From contig CAVYQB010000012.1 in assembly GCA_963770465.1 (NCBI GenBank), forward strand, positions 3,367 to 67,366: DNA of 64,000 nucleotides, read 5' to 3'. The stretch is from an uncultured Acidobacteriota bacterium. Lineage in GTDB: Bacteria; Acidobacteriota; Terriglobia; Terriglobales; Acidobacteriaceae. A program made the position numbers and the translations under genes. Positions 26,909-37,994 of this stretch are shown here, in pieces (position 1 is the first letter of the stretch; each line of letters starts with the position of its first letter). Below the pieces are notes generated by a model, which was not told the DNA's origin, did no database searches, and was given only the letters and a program-made list of their open reading frames with translations.

Positions 26909-29878
26909 CTAGTTTGGACGGCGCGATTTGCCGTCCACGGAAAGGTGGTAGAGACGCTTCTCGGTGGCTGGACAAAGACTTCGATAGGCGCAGAAGCGGC
27001 AATTGAAGCTGGGTTTGGGATCGAACCTTCCTGCGGCAACACTCGCTGCGACGCTTTCCACTTTCAATTGGGCTTCCCGAAGTTGAGCATCAGTGCGCTC
27101 CGTAATCACCGTTGTGTTCTCGCCCAGGTTGTAGAGGGCGAGATGTCCGGCGTGGTATCCCCATTTCTCGCGGGCTGCCAGGGCGTAGATGGAAAGTTGC
27201 AAGCTTTCATCCGCATCTTCCTGCGACTGCGGCTTGCCGGTCTTGTAGTCCGTGATTACAACTCGTCCGTCTGGCAGTTTGTCGATGCGGTCGATGCGTC
27301 CAATCACGACCGCGCTGCCGATTCGCACTTCGAAGAATTCTTCGGTATGCAAAACTTCCGGCACGCGAAGCCGCTGGCACGCAGCCAGGAAATCCTGTAA
27401 CTGCTGAATGCCCTGTTCGTCGTAGAGTTGGTATTGATAGCGATCTTGAATTCCCGCCTCATCCAGATCGGCCCGAAAGAATGTGATCAGGGCATCCTGT
27501 GACATCGGCCGCTGAAACCGAACCGAGTCGTAATACACCCGCAGCACGCGATGCATGGTCGCGCCGTACTGCATGGCGGCTGGAACTTCCCCGGGAATTT
27601 TCCATTCCCGTTCGAGCTTGAACTGTAAAGGGCAAACCTCGTATCGCTGCACCGCGCTCGCGCTCAGCTTCGCGCTCAAGTCGGAGGCTGGCGCGAGAGA
27701 AAGCCACTCGGCGATGCGGGTAAGCGTTTCGGTTCCTGCGGCCCCGAAAAGATCAGTCTGAAATCCGCGCGCCGGACGCTCGCGCAAATAACGTTTAAGA
27801 GACGCGTCTTTCACAAGTTCACGCATGAAGCCGGGCGGGCTGGCGTCCTTTCCCTTGCCGCGGCGAGCGTAAATGGTGAGCGAATCCCGGGCGCGAGTCA
27901 TGGCAACGTAGAACAATCGCCGCTCCTCCTGCTCATTCAGGGTCTTGTCGTCCTGCAGAGAAATCGAATCGGGATCACGTAACTCGCGCGGAAATTCCAC
28001 CAGCGATTCTTTGAATGAGCACGGAAAGGAGTTGGAATTGGCTCGCAGAATGAAAACGTGATTGAACTCCAGGCCCTTTGCGGCGTGCGCGGTCATTAAA
28101 CGAACCGCATCATCATCGGTCGACGGCAAAGGAATCGCGCCGCGGGCTTCCTGAAAATACTCCAGGTATTCCAGCAGTTCTCCGATTTCGCCGCTTTTGG
28201 TGGTCGGTTTTTGCTCCCATTTGTTTACGAAATCAAGGATGGCGGCCAGTGGAGGCGAACTACGATCAAACCCAAATGATCGGATGATAATGTTCAGAGC
28301 GGCGAGGCTTTTCGCGGCCGTCTGCGTGATTTCGTCGCGCACCTTCTGCAGAGCAGCCAGCACTGCGCGGCCACCATCAATCTGAGCCAATACCGATCCG
28401 ACGCCGGAATCTTTTTGGTCCCGCGGAATCGACTTGATGCCACTGCGCAGTTTTTCCGGATCGATGGCAAACTGCGGCAACGCCGCCACGCGAAAAAGAC
28501 TGGCGTCGTCCCGTGACGACACGACCGCTCCCAAGCAGGCGAACAGATCACGCGCTTCGGCCGTATCCATCACGTCCATGTTTTCGATTGTGAAGGGAAT
28601 GCCTTGCTCGGCCAATTCTTCGACCAGGTCATCGCGATGGGAGTGCTGCCGGTAAAGAACCGCGAAGTCTTTCCACTTGCATCGAGACTGTTTTTGCTGC
28701 TGGCGTATGGCCGCGACCAAATCTGAACACTCGAGTTCCTTGGCCGTCAGCAGCACAGCTTCTACTGGTGCACTTTTCAACTCCTTACCTTCGCGCAGTG
28801 CATCTTCTTCGCGTGCGGAAATCAGCGGCGAACGCTTATAGGGAAATGCCGCGATCTTCGTTCCAGGGAAAATGTCGGGATTTTTCGAAATGAGCACGTA
28901 AGCGCAACGCAAGATCGGCGTAGTAGAGCGCCGGTTCTTTTCTAAAACGACCAATTTTGCTGCGGGAAACTGATGCTGAAAAAGACCGAAGGCGGCACTC
29001 GACGCGCCACGAAAACGGAAGATGGCCTGATCCGGATCGCCTACCGCGAATACGTTTGATTCTTCTCCTGCCAACTTCTGCAGAATTTTCACCTGAGCGA
29101 AGTTGGCGTCCTGAAACTCGTCCACAAGTATGAAGCGGGCATGCTCACGTTCGCGGCTCAGGAGCGGTTCATCTTGTGCCAGGAGTTGGTGCGCACGGGT
29201 GATCATGTGACCAAAGGTGCCAAGGTTTTCTTCCGAAAGCATGCGCTCGACGGTGGTAATAACATCCGCAATTTCCTGGCACCGTCCCAGCACTTCTTCG
29301 TCGCTAAGCAGGTTGGCCTCTTTGCTCTTACAGACTCGCGGGACCGGCAATTCTCCGCGTGCAAGCTGGCCCACGTAGGACGCGTACTTTTCCGGACCTA
29401 CCAGTTCGTCCTGGCACCGGCGCAAGAAATCCAGCAGGTCGTCCAGAAATTTGGTTACGTTCGCCGCGCGGACGAAGTATTTCAGGTTGAGTTCGCGAAG
29501 CCGTTTACGCAGGTAGATCCAGAGATCCTTGTCGTCGAGCACACCAAATTGTTTTCCGCAGCGGATCAGTAGGTTATTGCAGTAGGCGTGAAAAGTCGTG
29601 ACTTGCAGGCGGGAGACGTCGGTCCCGCGAATCTCAGCGCGAACCCGTTCCTGCATTTCACGGGCAGCATTGTCGGTATAGGTGACGGCTAAAATCTCGT
29701 CAGGTCGAGCGTGCCCTTGCTGAATGAGCCGAGCTATGCGCCGGGTGAGCACGGTGGTTTTGCCCGTGCCCGCGCCTGCGACGACCAGCATAGGTCCATG
29801 CACATGTTCGATGGCTTCACGCTGGCGTTCGTCCGCCTCGAAGGGTCGCGCAGCCGGAATGGGTTTTGAAGCGGCCAC
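26909..29878 (-). CDS. UvrD/Rep-family helicase fused to a C-terminal PD-(D/E)XK (Cas4/RecB-like, Cys-cluster) nuclease; AddA-like
   Basis: Walker A GAGTGKT, helicase motifs, C-terminal CPLQF...DYKTGK...CRFCAYRSLCP. Confidence 0.85.
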   Translation of the reverse strand: MAASKPIPAARPFEADERQREAIEHVHGPMLVVAGAGTGKTTVLTRRIARLIQQGHARPDEILAVTYTDNAAREMQERVRAEIRGTDVSRLQVTTFHAYCNNLLIRCGKQFGVLDDKDLWIYLRKRLRELNLKYFVRAANVTKFLDDLLDFLRRCQDELVGPEKYASYVGQLARGELPVPRVCKSKEANLLSDEEVLGRCQEIADVITTVERMLSEENLGTFGHMITRAHQLLAQDEPLLSREREHARFILVDEFQDANFAQVKILQKLAGEESNVFAVGDPDQAIFRFRGASSAAFGLFQHQFPAAKLVVLEKNRRSTTPILRCAYVLISKNPDIFPGTKIAAFPYKRSPLISAREEDALREGKELKSAPVEAVLLTAKELECSDLVAAIRQQQKQSRCKWKDFAVLYRQHSHRDDLVEELAEQGIPFTIENMDVMDTAEARDLFACLGAVVSSRDDASLFRVAALPQFAIDPEKLRSGIKSIPRDQKDSGVGSVLAQIDGGRAVLAALQKVRDEITQTAAKSLAALNIIIRSFGFDRSSPPLAAILDFVNKWEQKPTTKSGEIGELLEYLEYFQEARGAIPLPSTDDDAVRLMTAHAAKGLEFNHVFILRANSNSFPCSFKESLVEFPRELRDPDSISLQDDKTLNEQEERRLFYVAMTRARDSLTIYARRGKGKDASPPGFMRELVKDASLKRYLRERPARGFQTDLFGAAGTETLTRIAEWLSLAPASDLSAKLSASAVQRYEVCPLQFKLEREWKIPGEVPAAMQYGATMHRVLRVYYDSVRFQRPMSQDALITFFRADLDEAGIQDRYQYQLYDEQGIQQLQDFLAACQRLRVPEVLHTEEFFEVRIGSAVVIGRIDRIDKLPDGRVVITDYKTGKPQSQEDADESLQLSIYALAAREKWGYHAGHLALYNLGENTTVITERTDAQLREAQLKVESVAASVAAGRFDPKPSFNCRFCAYRSLCPATEKRLYHLSVDGKSRRPN

Positions 29879-29994
29879 TGGGCAGGAGCATATCAGAGAT
29901 AGATGAGGATATTTACGTCCGCAAGAGTCAGAAACCTCATCGAAAGGACGCCTGTGCTAAATTCTTAGAATTAATGATTTTTATATTCTTTTAA

Positions 29995-32244
29995 ATGTCT
30001 TCATCCATCCCAAGTGTCAGGCGTCCCGCAGTCAAGGTGTTCGTCGCCACTACGGTGATGCTGACCTTCATTTCTTTCTGGCGTGCGTCCGCTATCGTGC
30101 TCGCCGACCTCGCTTCGTCGGCTTATTACGCGGGCGGCGATGCGGAGAAAGTCATCGGCAAGAGCGCTCCCTGGTTCATCTTGGCGGTAATGTTGTTCAG
30201 CTATGCCGTGCGGGCTCTGTATATCGAGTCCAGCAGCATGTTTGTGCGCGGCGGCGTTTACCGCGTCGTCAAAGAAGCGATGGGCGGCACGCTGGCCAAG
30301 TTCTCCGTCTCAGCGCTACTGTTCGACTACGTGCTCACCGGCCCGATCAGCGCTGTCTCGGCAGGTCAGTACCTGGCGGGCTTCATCGAGGATATGGGCA
30401 AATATCTTCACCATCCGCTGGTTTTTTCCGAGGACCATTTTTCCGCCGGCTTTGCCATTCTGATCGTGTTGTATTTCTGGTGGAAAAACGTCCAGGGCAT
30501 GCACGAATCAAGCGAGAAGGCACTGCAGATCATGATGGTCACAACCGTCATGGTTGTGATCCTGATCATTTGGTGCACCATCACCTGCTTTAAGGTGCCA
30601 GTTCAGTTGCCGCCGAACCCGCTGCATCCCGGGGTGGTGAAGCTCACCAAAGAGTCTCTGGGCTGGCTATACGGGACGCGCCTCAGTCAGATAACTTTGA
30701 TCATTCTCTTCGTCGGATTTGGACACTCCGTCCTTGCCATGAGCGGCGAGGAAACGCTGGCCCAGGTTAACCGCGAAATCGAACATCCCAAGCTGAAGAA
30801 CCTGGAAAAAACTGGCTTGGTCATTTTTATTTATAGCCTGCTGTTCACCTCGCTGGTGTCATTTTTCGCGGTAATGATTATTCCGGATCACGTACGTCAC
30901 GAGTACTTCGCCAACCTCATCGGTGGCATTGCAGTGTACCTGGTCGGTCCCATGTGGCTGAAGCTGATCTTCCATGCCTTCGTGGTGCTGGTCGGCGTAC
31001 TGATTCTGGCGGGCGCGCAGAATACTTCAATCGTAGGTGCGAACGGCGTCTTGAACCGCGTCGCAGAAGACGGCGTTCTTACCGACTGGTTCCAGAAGCC
31101 GCACACCAGATTTGGCACCAGCTACCGCATCATCAATCTGATTGTCGGATTGCAGCTTCTGACCATCATTCTCAGCCGAGGCAATGTTTATGTGCTGGCA
31201 GGACTCTACGCTTTCGGCGTGATCTGGAGCTTTGCCCTGAAGTCGCTGGCGGTTCTGGTATTGCGTTATACGGAGCCAGAGAATCGCCAATGGAAAGTTC
31301 CTGGCAATCTTCACATCGGCGGCCATGAACTGCCTGTGGGCCTGATTCTTATCTCCGCTGTGTTGCTGATTACGGCATTGATAAACCTTTTCACGAAGTC
31401 CGAAGCCACCATCGCCGGAGTTACTTTCAGCGCTGTTTTCTTTGCGATTTTTACCTACTCCGAGCATCGAGTCACGAAACAGCGGCATGGCAAGCCGGAG
31501 AATCTGGATCAATTCCGGGTCTACGGAAATCAGGAACTGGGATCCGGAGCGCTCGGCGTAAGGCCGGGAAACATTCTGGTTGCCGTCCGCGATCCCAGAA
31601 ATCTCTACTATTTGCGCGAGATTCTCAGAAATACGGACACAAATCGTCAAGATCTGGTCGTGATGACGGCTCGCCTCTACCACCGCGAGCATTCCTTCAG
31701 CGGCAGCGCGCAGGTCGAGACCTCGCAAGTTTTCGACCACTACGAGCAGGAATTGTTCACTGCCGCCGTGGCGGTTGCGGAAAAAGAAGGCAAGCCAGTT
31801 TCTCTGCTTGTGGTCCCCGCTACCGACGTCTTCGAGGCGATCATAGTCACTGCGCAACGCCTGGACTCGAGCAAGATCGTCTGCGGCCGTTCCAACAAAC
31901 TCACTCCTGACGAGCAGGCAAAGCTCCTGGGCGACGCGTGGGAACGTCTGCCCGAACCCAGGCCGCGTTTGATTCTGGAGATCCACGAGCCCAATGGAAA
32001 AGTAAATGAGTATCTGCTCGGACCCCACGCCCCGCGCATGCGTCCTCAGGATCTTGAACTGATGCACCAAGTATGGCTCGATATCACCTCCGATCCCAAA
32101 TATGCCGGCGCCCACCACTATCACATCGTTGCGCTGGCACTGGAGGAGTTACGCCGAGAATTAAACAGCGACAAGCGGGCCGAAGTGCTCGCCAAATTGC
32201 TGGATGAAATGCACCGCGATTGCCCGCCCAAGGCCGAGAGTTGA
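29995..32244 (+). CDS. APC-superfamily amino acid permease with C-terminal cytoplasmic (Usp-like) domain
   Basis: ~12 TM segments followed by a ~230-aa soluble tail. Confidence 0.75.
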   Translation: MSSSIPSVRRPAVKVFVATTVMLTFISFWRASAIVLADLASSAYYAGGDAEKVIGKSAPWFILAVMLFSYAVRALYIESSSMFVRGGVYRVVKEAMGGTLAKFSVSALLFDYVLTGPISAVSAGQYLAGFIEDMGKYLHHPLVFSEDHFSAGFAILIVLYFWWKNVQGMHESSEKALQIMMVTTVMVVILIIWCTITCFKVPVQLPPNPLHPGVVKLTKESLGWLYGTRLSQITLIILFVGFGHSVLAMSGEETLAQVNREIEHPKLKNLEKTGLVIFIYSLLFTSLVSFFAVMIIPDHVRHEYFANLIGGIAVYLVGPMWLKLIFHAFVVLVGVLILAGAQNTSIVGANGVLNRVAEDGVLTDWFQKPHTRFGTSYRIINLIVGLQLLTIILSRGNVYVLAGLYAFGVIWSFALKSLAVLVLRYTEPENRQWKVPGNLHIGGHELPVGLILISAVLLITALINLFTKSEATIAGVTFSAVFFAIFTYSEHRVTKQRHGKPENLDQFRVYGNQELGSGALGVRPGNILVAVRDPRNLYYLREILRNTDTNRQDLVVMTARLYHREHSFSGSAQVETSQVFDHYEQELFTAAVAVAEKEGKPVSLLVVPATDVFEAIIVTAQRLDSSKIVCGRSNKLTPDEQAKLLGDAWERLPEPRPRLILEIHEPNGKVNEYLLGPHAPRMRPQDLELMHQVWLDITSDPKYAGAHHYHIVALALEELRRELNSDKRAEVLAKLLDEMHRDCPPKAES

Positions 32245-32258
32245 TGTTTTCAGTCGTT

Positions 32259-32373
32259 GTCATCCCGAGCGGAGCGAGGGATCTAGGTTTTTCGCGTGGC
32301 CGGGGAAACCGAGATTCCTCGTCGCTTCGCTCCTCGGAATGACAGAGTGGATGGAATGAATGACAGAGTGGAT
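32259..32373. repeat. REP-like family A element plus 2 copies of AATGACAGAGTGGAT
   Basis: gtcatcccgagcggagcgagggatctaggttttt ... gagattcctcgtcgcttcgctcctcggaatgacag. Direct repeats at 32338 and 32359. Confidence 0.8.
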
Positions 32374-32460
32374 TTGTCCGAACGGTTGGTATAGACGTTA
32401 AAGTTCTTCATTCTCTCACCCCAGATGATGCGCCTGCTGCTCTCCTGTTAACATCAATCC

Positions 32461-34029
32461 GTGACCCAAAAATCTCCAGTCCGCGTGCGCTTCGCGCCTT
32501 CGCCCACCGGACATCTGCATGTCGGCAACGCTCGCACTGCGCTGTTCAACTGGCTGTTTGCGAGACACCATAAGGGCACGATGGTGCTGCGCATCGAGGA
32601 TACGGATGTGGAACGCAGCGAGGCTCGCTTCGAAGATCAACTCATTTGGGATCTGCATTGGCTCGGCCTCGACTGGGACGAAGGCCCAGACGTCGGTGGT
32701 GCGTATGCCCCATACCGTCAATCCGATCGACTGGATCTTTACCGCGAACACGCCGAGCGCCTGGTGAATGAAGGCAAAGCCTATTTGTGCTTTTGCACCG
32801 AAGACGAATTACAGAAAGAACGCGACAAAGCCTTAGCCGAAAGCCGGCAGCCAATTTATTCCGGCAAGTGCCGCGCCATTGATCCCGAAGAATCAAAGCG
32901 GCGACGCGCTGGAGGTGAAGCTTGCGCCATCCGCTTGCGGATTCCCGAGCACCCCATTCGCTTTCACGACATCGTTCACGGCGACGTAGAGTTCTCAAAT
33001 GAGGTCGTCAGCGATCCCATCATTCTGCGTTCCAACGGCATGCCGGTCTACAACTACGTGGTGGTGATCGATGACGCGCTGATGAAGATCACGCATGTAA
33101 TTCGCGGCGACGATCATCTCTCAAACACGCCCAAGCAAGTCGCGTTGTATGAGGCGCTGGGCTGGCCGGTGCCGGAATTCGCGCACTTGTCGACCATCCT
33201 CGGCGGCGACCGCGAACGGTTATCGAAGCGTCACGGAGCGACTTCGATTGCCAACTTTCGCGACATGGGCGTTTTGCCGGAAGCGCTGGTGAATTATCTG
33301 GCATTGCTGGGCTGGGCCCCCACAGGAGGCACACGCGAGATTTTCAGCCTGCCGGAATTGGTGAAAGAGTTTTCTTTGGAGCGGATCACGCCATCCGCGG
33401 CCGTCTTCGATATGGAAAAACTCTACTGGCTGAACCGCCAGTACATCAAGACCTGGCCCGCAGAGGACATCGCTTCTATTGGAGTGTGGTTTTTCGTTAA
33501 AGCTGGATTGGTCGAGTGCAGCGATGCGGATTGGCCGTGCGCCAAGAGGCTGCCGGCAGTCCAATTGGGCAATGATTTTCATAGCTGGTTTTCGCAGGTC
33601 GTGACGCTGCTCGCGCCTTACGTGGATCGCCTGGACCAACTCCCGGAGAAAGCATCGTTCATCTTCAACTACGACGCGAAGGCTGCCTTAGTCGCGCCTG
33701 ATAACGCTGAAGTCCTGGGCTGGCCAGACAGCAGCGCTGTGTTCGCCAGATTCATCGTCAAGATTCTGACCGCCGAATCGGCCAGTGCGGGCCAACTGAC
33801 AGCCGAACAGTTCAAAAAAATTATCAATGAAGTCAAAGCTGAAACCGGAGCCAAGGGAAAGGAACTGTTTCATCCCATTCGCATTGTGATCACGGGTTCG
33901 CATTCGGGGCCGGACTTCGACAAACTGATTCCCATCCTCGAAGCCGGCAGCCATTTGAAATTGCCAAAGCACGTGCTTAACGTGCGCGAGCGAGTGGAAG
34001 AATTCGCCAAAGCCCAAGCGAATAAATAG
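32461..34029 (+). CDS. gltX: glutamate--tRNA ligase
   Basis: [19 protein letters not shown] (HIGH) and LSKRHG (KMSKS-type). GTG start. Confidence 0.95.
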   Translation: MTQKSPVRVRFAPSPTGHLHVGNARTALFNWLFARHHKGTMVLRIEDTDVERSEARFEDQLIWDLHWLGLDWDEGPDVGGAYAPYRQSDRLDLYREHAERLVNEGKAYLCFCTEDELQKERDKALAESRQPIYSGKCRAIDPEESKRRRAGGEACAIRLRIPEHPIRFHDIVHGDVEFSNEVVSDPIILRSNGMPVYNYVVVIDDALMKITHVIRGDDHLSNTPKQVALYEALGWPVPEFAHLSTILGGDRERLSKRHGATSIANFRDMGVLPEALVNYLALLGWAPTGGTREIFSLPELVKEFSLERITPSAAVFDMEKLYWLNRQYIKTWPAEDIASIGVWFFVKAGLVECSDADWPCAKRLPAVQLGNDFHSWFSQVVTLLAPYVDRLDQLPEKASFIFNYDAKAALVAPDNAEVLGWPDSSAVFARFIVKILTAESASAGQLTAEQFKKIINEVKAETGAKGKELFHPIRIVITGSHSGPDFDKLIPILEAGSHLKLPKHVLNVRERVEEFAKAQANK

Positions 34030-34030
34030 G

Positions 34031-34102
34031 CCACGGATTTACGCGGATCTGCACGGATTTTTCTTTTGTTTTAGTTCCGTGATGATCAGTGCAAATCCGT
34101 GG
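34031..34102. repeat. CACGGATTT repeat cluster forming a hairpin between convergent genes (probable bidirectional terminator)
   Basis: ccacggattt (34031-40) pairs with aaatccgtgg (34093-102). An extra direct copy cacggattt is followed by ttcttttgtttt. Confidence 0.5.
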
Positions 34103-34108
34103 CTGGTT

Positions 34109-35002
34109 TTATCTCAAAATATTCTCTAAAGTCGATCTCAACTCGGGCTTCTGGAAGGCATAGCCACTGGCCGAAAGTTTTGCTGGCTCAACCCGTTGGC
34201 TGGCCAATAAGAGCTCATCGGCCATTTGCCCGAATACCAAGCGTGCCGCGAATGCCGGCATTGGGAGAATCGCCGGGCGCGACAATACTGAAGCCAGTGT
34301 CTTGGTGAATTCCGCATTCCTTACGGGGTTCGGACCTACCACATTGACCGGTCCATGCAGCGTATCGTTCTTCATGGCATGCTGAATTGCGCCGATCACA
34401 TCATCGATGTCGATCCAGCTCATCCATTGGCGCCCGCGGCCAACGATCCCTCCAATTCCCATACGAAACGGAGGTAGCATCTTTCCCAGTGCGCCGCCCG
34501 ATGCACTCAGCACTACGCCAAACCGCATTTGCACGGTGCGTATTTCAGCTTTGGCCGCGGGTTCGGCGGCGGCTTCCCACTCCCGGCAAACTTCAGGAAG
34601 AAAGCCGTTTCCAGAAGAACTTTCTTCGCGTAAGGTTTCTTCCCCGCGATCACCGTAATATCCAATGGCCGACGCTGAAATGAAAACTCGCGGAGCCTGC
34701 GGCGCTGCCGCGAGCGCTTCCGCTAAATTTCGAGTGCCCTGCACCCGGCTTTCATGAACGCGGCGTTTCTTAGCGTCTGTCCAACGACCAACAATGGATT
34801 CGCCCGCTAGATGTACAACCGCGTCGAAGCCAGAAACCGACTCAGGCGCGAGCGGGCGAGATGGATCCCATGCTATATCACCCTTGCCCGATGCCGCTCC
34901 TCGCACCAGGCGCGTGACTTCGTATCCACTCGATTGCAATGCCGGCAGCAAAGCCGAGCCGATCAGACCCGAAGCACCGCTGACTAGAAGCTTGGCAGGC
35001 AT
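34109..35002 (-). CDS. TIGR01777/YfcH-type NAD-dependent epimerase family protein (DUF1731 C-terminus)
   Basis: VSGASGLIGSAL Rossmann motif, ~297 aa, family-typical C-terminus. Confidence 0.8.
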   Translation of the reverse strand: MPAKLLVSGASGLIGSALLPALQSSGYEVTRLVRGAASGKGDIAWDPSRPLAPESVSGFDAVVHLAGESIVGRWTDAKKRRVHESRVQGTRNLAEALAAAPQAPRVFISASAIGYYGDRGEETLREESSSGNGFLPEVCREWEAAAEPAAKAEIRTVQMRFGVVLSASGGALGKMLPPFRMGIGGIVGRGRQWMSWIDIDDVIGAIQHAMKNDTLHGPVNVVGPNPVRNAEFTKTLASVLSRPAILPMPAFAARLVFGQMADELLLASQRVEPAKLSASGYAFQKPELRSTLENILR

Positions 35003-35116
35003 AAAACTAACTCTATCAGTTCACCGCTGGGCAGAGACAGACAAGGTACGTCCCAAAGCCCGCCGCAGGCTTTAGAGACATTGCTTGCAACCTGCAAATC
35101 CCGGCTATAATCGTCT

Positions 35117-37324
35117 ATGGCGACGCTGCGCGAACAGATCGCGACCACCGCCCTGACGGTCACAAAGTTCCGGGAACTGTTGCGCACCATGCGTGCCAAC
35201 CGTCCGACCGACGACCTGGAACTGGTACGCAAAGCCTACGAATTTTCCCAGAAAAATCATGCGGGCCAGCTTCGCGCCTCGGGCGAGCCATACCTGGTCC
35301 ATCCTCTCGGAGTAGCGCAAGTTCTAGCGGAGATGAAGATGGACGCCGTCGCCATCTCCGCCGGATTGCTGCACGACTCGGTCGAAGACACGTCTGTCAC
35401 GATTGTTGACATCCGCAAAGAATTCGGCGAGCAGGTGGCGCATATTGTCGAGGGCGTCACCAAGATCAGCCAGATTGACTTCGCCACGCGCGAGGAGCAG
35501 CAGGCCGAGAATCTGCGCAAAATGATGCTGGCCATGGTCGACGACATTCGTGTCGTTCTGATTAAGTTGGCCGACCGCCTGCACAACATGCGGACGCTCG
35601 AGCATCTTCCGCCGGAACGTCAGCAGAAGATTGCCAAGGAAACCCTGGAGATTTATGGCCCTATTGCGCACCGTCTTGGAATGGGCAAGATTCGCGGCGA
35701 GCTAGAAGACCTGGGATTCCGCTATCTCGATCCTCTAACTTACCAACAGGTGCACGAAGCGGTCGAAGCCCGCCGCAAGCAAGGCGAGCAGTTCCTGGCG
35801 CGAGTTGAACAAACTCTCCGCGACAAGCTGAAAGAAGCGGGCATTACAGCGGAAGTGGAAAGCCGCATCAAGCGTCTGTTTAGCATTCACAAGAAACTTG
35901 TCCGCCAGAAAATCAGCGTTGACCAGGTCTACGATCTCTACGCCATGCGAGTCATCACGAAGTCTTTGCAGGATTGCTATGCGGTGCTGGGTATCGTGCA
36001 CAATGTCTGGCGACCCGTGCCTGGGCGAATCAAAGATTTCATCGCCATGCCGCGGCCAAATTTTTATCAGTCGCTGCATACCTCGGTAATCACCGAGGAT
36101 GGCACGCCGTTCGAAGTGCAGATCCGAACCGAAGAAATGCACCGCATGGCCGAGGAAGGCATCGCAGCGCACTGGAAATACAAGGACGGCCCAGTCTCGG
36201 CCCAGGACGAACAGCGACTGGCCTGGCTGCGGCAGGTAGTCGAATGGCAGCGCGACGTATCTGATCCCACCGAATTTCTTTCTACTCTCAAAATCGATCT
36301 CTATCCCGAAGAGGTTTACACCTTCACGCCCAAAGGCAAAGTTGTAGTGCTGCCTCGCGAATCCACGCCGATCGATTTCGCCTATACCATTCACACTGAG
36401 GTCGGTCACAGTTGCGTGGGCGCGAAGGTGAACGGACGTATGGTGCCGCTGCGGCACAAACTGCACAGCGGCGACATTGTCGAGATCATCACGCAGCCCG
36501 GACACAAGCCCAGCCGTGATTGGCTGGCTGCGGTCAAGTCATCGCGCGCGCGAAACAAAATCAAGCACTGGCTCAACATTCATCAGCGCGAGCGGGCGGT
36601 TGAAATCGGCCGCAAGCTGATTGAAAAAGAAGCGCGTAAATACCGGGTCGCACTGAAAGAGATCAAAGACGAAGAGTTGCGCAAGATTGCCTCCGATTAC
36701 GGCCTGGGTCAGATTGACGATTTGATGGCGGGAATCGGATACGGCAAATTCTCGGCGCGGCAAGTGCTGGCACGGTTGGCGCCTAGCTCCGCTGCGCCAG
36801 TGGCCGACGACGGAGACAAATCTAGCGGCATTGCCAGCGTGGTGCGGCGGGTTTTCGGCGGCGACAGCGGCAACAATGCCATCCGCGTCAAGGGCCACGG
36901 CGACTTGCTCGTTTATCGCGCCCGATGCTGTAATCCCATCCGCGGCGAGGAAGTTGTCGGTTACGTGACCCGCGGCAAAGGCGTCGCTGTTCATGCGCTG
37001 GATTGTCCGAATGTCGTGAACCTGCTCTATGAGCCAGAACGCCGCATCGATGTGGAATGGGCTCGCGACGAAGGAACGCCGAGTTCATATCCGGTAAAGC
37101 TCACTGTTTTCTGCGATGACCGGTTTGGTATGTTGAAACAAATTACGGCCGTGATCAGCGACGCTAAAACTAATATCCGCGATGTCCAGGTGCGCAGCGC
37201 GAATGCGCAGGCTAACATCGATGTTGTTTTGGATATAGCTGACCTCAAGCACCTGGAAAATATCATTAATGGCGTGCGCAAAATTCCTGGCGTACACGAT
37301 GTACAGAGGCTGCAGAAAGTTTAG
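35117..37324 (+). CDS. bifunctional (p)ppGpp synthetase/hydrolase RelA/SpoT
   Basis: HD domain (HPLGVAQVL, HDSVED), synthetase domain, TGS and ACT C-terminal parts. 735 aa. Confidence 0.95.
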   Translation: MATLREQIATTALTVTKFRELLRTMRANRPTDDLELVRKAYEFSQKNHAGQLRASGEPYLVHPLGVAQVLAEMKMDAVAISAGLLHDSVEDTSVTIVDIRKEFGEQVAHIVEGVTKISQIDFATREEQQAENLRKMMLAMVDDIRVVLIKLADRLHNMRTLEHLPPERQQKIAKETLEIYGPIAHRLGMGKIRGELEDLGFRYLDPLTYQQVHEAVEARRKQGEQFLARVEQTLRDKLKEAGITAEVESRIKRLFSIHKKLVRQKISVDQVYDLYAMRVITKSLQDCYAVLGIVHNVWRPVPGRIKDFIAMPRPNFYQSLHTSVITEDGTPFEVQIRTEEMHRMAEEGIAAHWKYKDGPVSAQDEQRLAWLRQVVEWQRDVSDPTEFLSTLKIDLYPEEVYTFTPKGKVVVLPRESTPIDFAYTIHTEVGHSCVGAKVNGRMVPLRHKLHSGDIVEIITQPGHKPSRDWLAAVKSSRARNKIKHWLNIHQRERAVEIGRKLIEKEARKYRVALKEIKDEELRKIASDYGLGQIDDLMAGIGYGKFSARQVLARLAPSSAAPVADDGDKSSGIASVVRRVFGGDSGNNAIRVKGHGDLLVYRARCCNPIRGEEVVGYVTRGKGVAVHALDCPNVVNLLYEPERRIDVEWARDEGTPSSYPVKLTVFCDDRFGMLKQITAVISDAKTNIRDVQVRSANAQANIDVVLDIADLKHLENIINGVRKIPGVHDVQRLQKV

Positions 37325-37343
37325 TGTTGGAACCCAGATCCTT

Positions 37344-37458
37344 CCGCGCACTCTGCGGCTGTTCTCAGCGCTCTCTGCGATTTAAGACTTTGGGTTTGCG
37401 AAAGTTCACCAAAACCTTAAAACGCAGAGAGCGCTGAGAACAGCCGCAGAGTGCGCGG
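37344..37458. repeat. 36-bp perfect inverted repeat with a 43-nt spacer
   Basis: ccgcgcactctgcggctgttctcagcgctctctgcg (37344-37379) and its exact reverse complement (37423-37458). Confidence 0.9.
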
Positions 37459-37577
37459 AGACGAACAATCACTTGCGAAGGAATCGGTCCTGCCGAAATT
37501 TAACGCAGCGAATGGTTGTGCATTTGATATCATCTGCGTTCGCCTGCTAATCATAGGCGCGATTTGTTGGAGGATGA

Positions 37578-37955
37578 ATGCGCGATGTAATCTCCACCAA
37601 AGATGCCCCGCAAGCGATTGGGCCATACTCGCAGGCGATTCGGGCTAACGGATTCGTATTTGTCTCAGGACAAGTGGCCATCGATCCCGCGACTCAGCAG
37701 GTTCTCGGCGGAGACGTTGCGGCCCAGACGGATCGCGTGCTCAAAAACCTTTCCGCGATTTTGGATGCTGCGGGAAGTAGTCTGGAGAAAGTGGTGCGCT
37801 CGACCGTGTTCCTCAAAAACATGGCCGATTTTAGTGCCATGAATGAAGTTTACGGGCGGTATTTCAACGCCAAGCCGCCAGCGCGATCGACCGTCGAAGT
37901 CGCTCGGTTGCCGAAAGATGTGCTGGTCGAAATCGATGTGATTGCATTAGCCTAA
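37578..37955 (+). CDS. ridA: RidA/YjgF family reactive-intermediate deaminase
   Basis: APQAIGPYSQAI...FVSGQ...RSTVEVARLP. Confidence 0.92.
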   Translation: MRDVISTKDAPQAIGPYSQAIRANGFVFVSGQVAIDPATQQVLGGDVAAQTDRVLKNLSAILDAAGSSLEKVVRSTVFLKNMADFSAMNEVYGRYFNAKPPARSTVEVARLPKDVLVEIDVIALA

Positions 37956-37994
37956 ATTTTTGCTCTTAATTAAACTCAATCCTCAGGAGAACAA

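Noticed and set aside
27017-27027. tRNA T-arm-like GGGATCGAACC.
   Set aside because: It lies inside the helicase-nuclease CDS, with no acceptor or anticodon arms around it.
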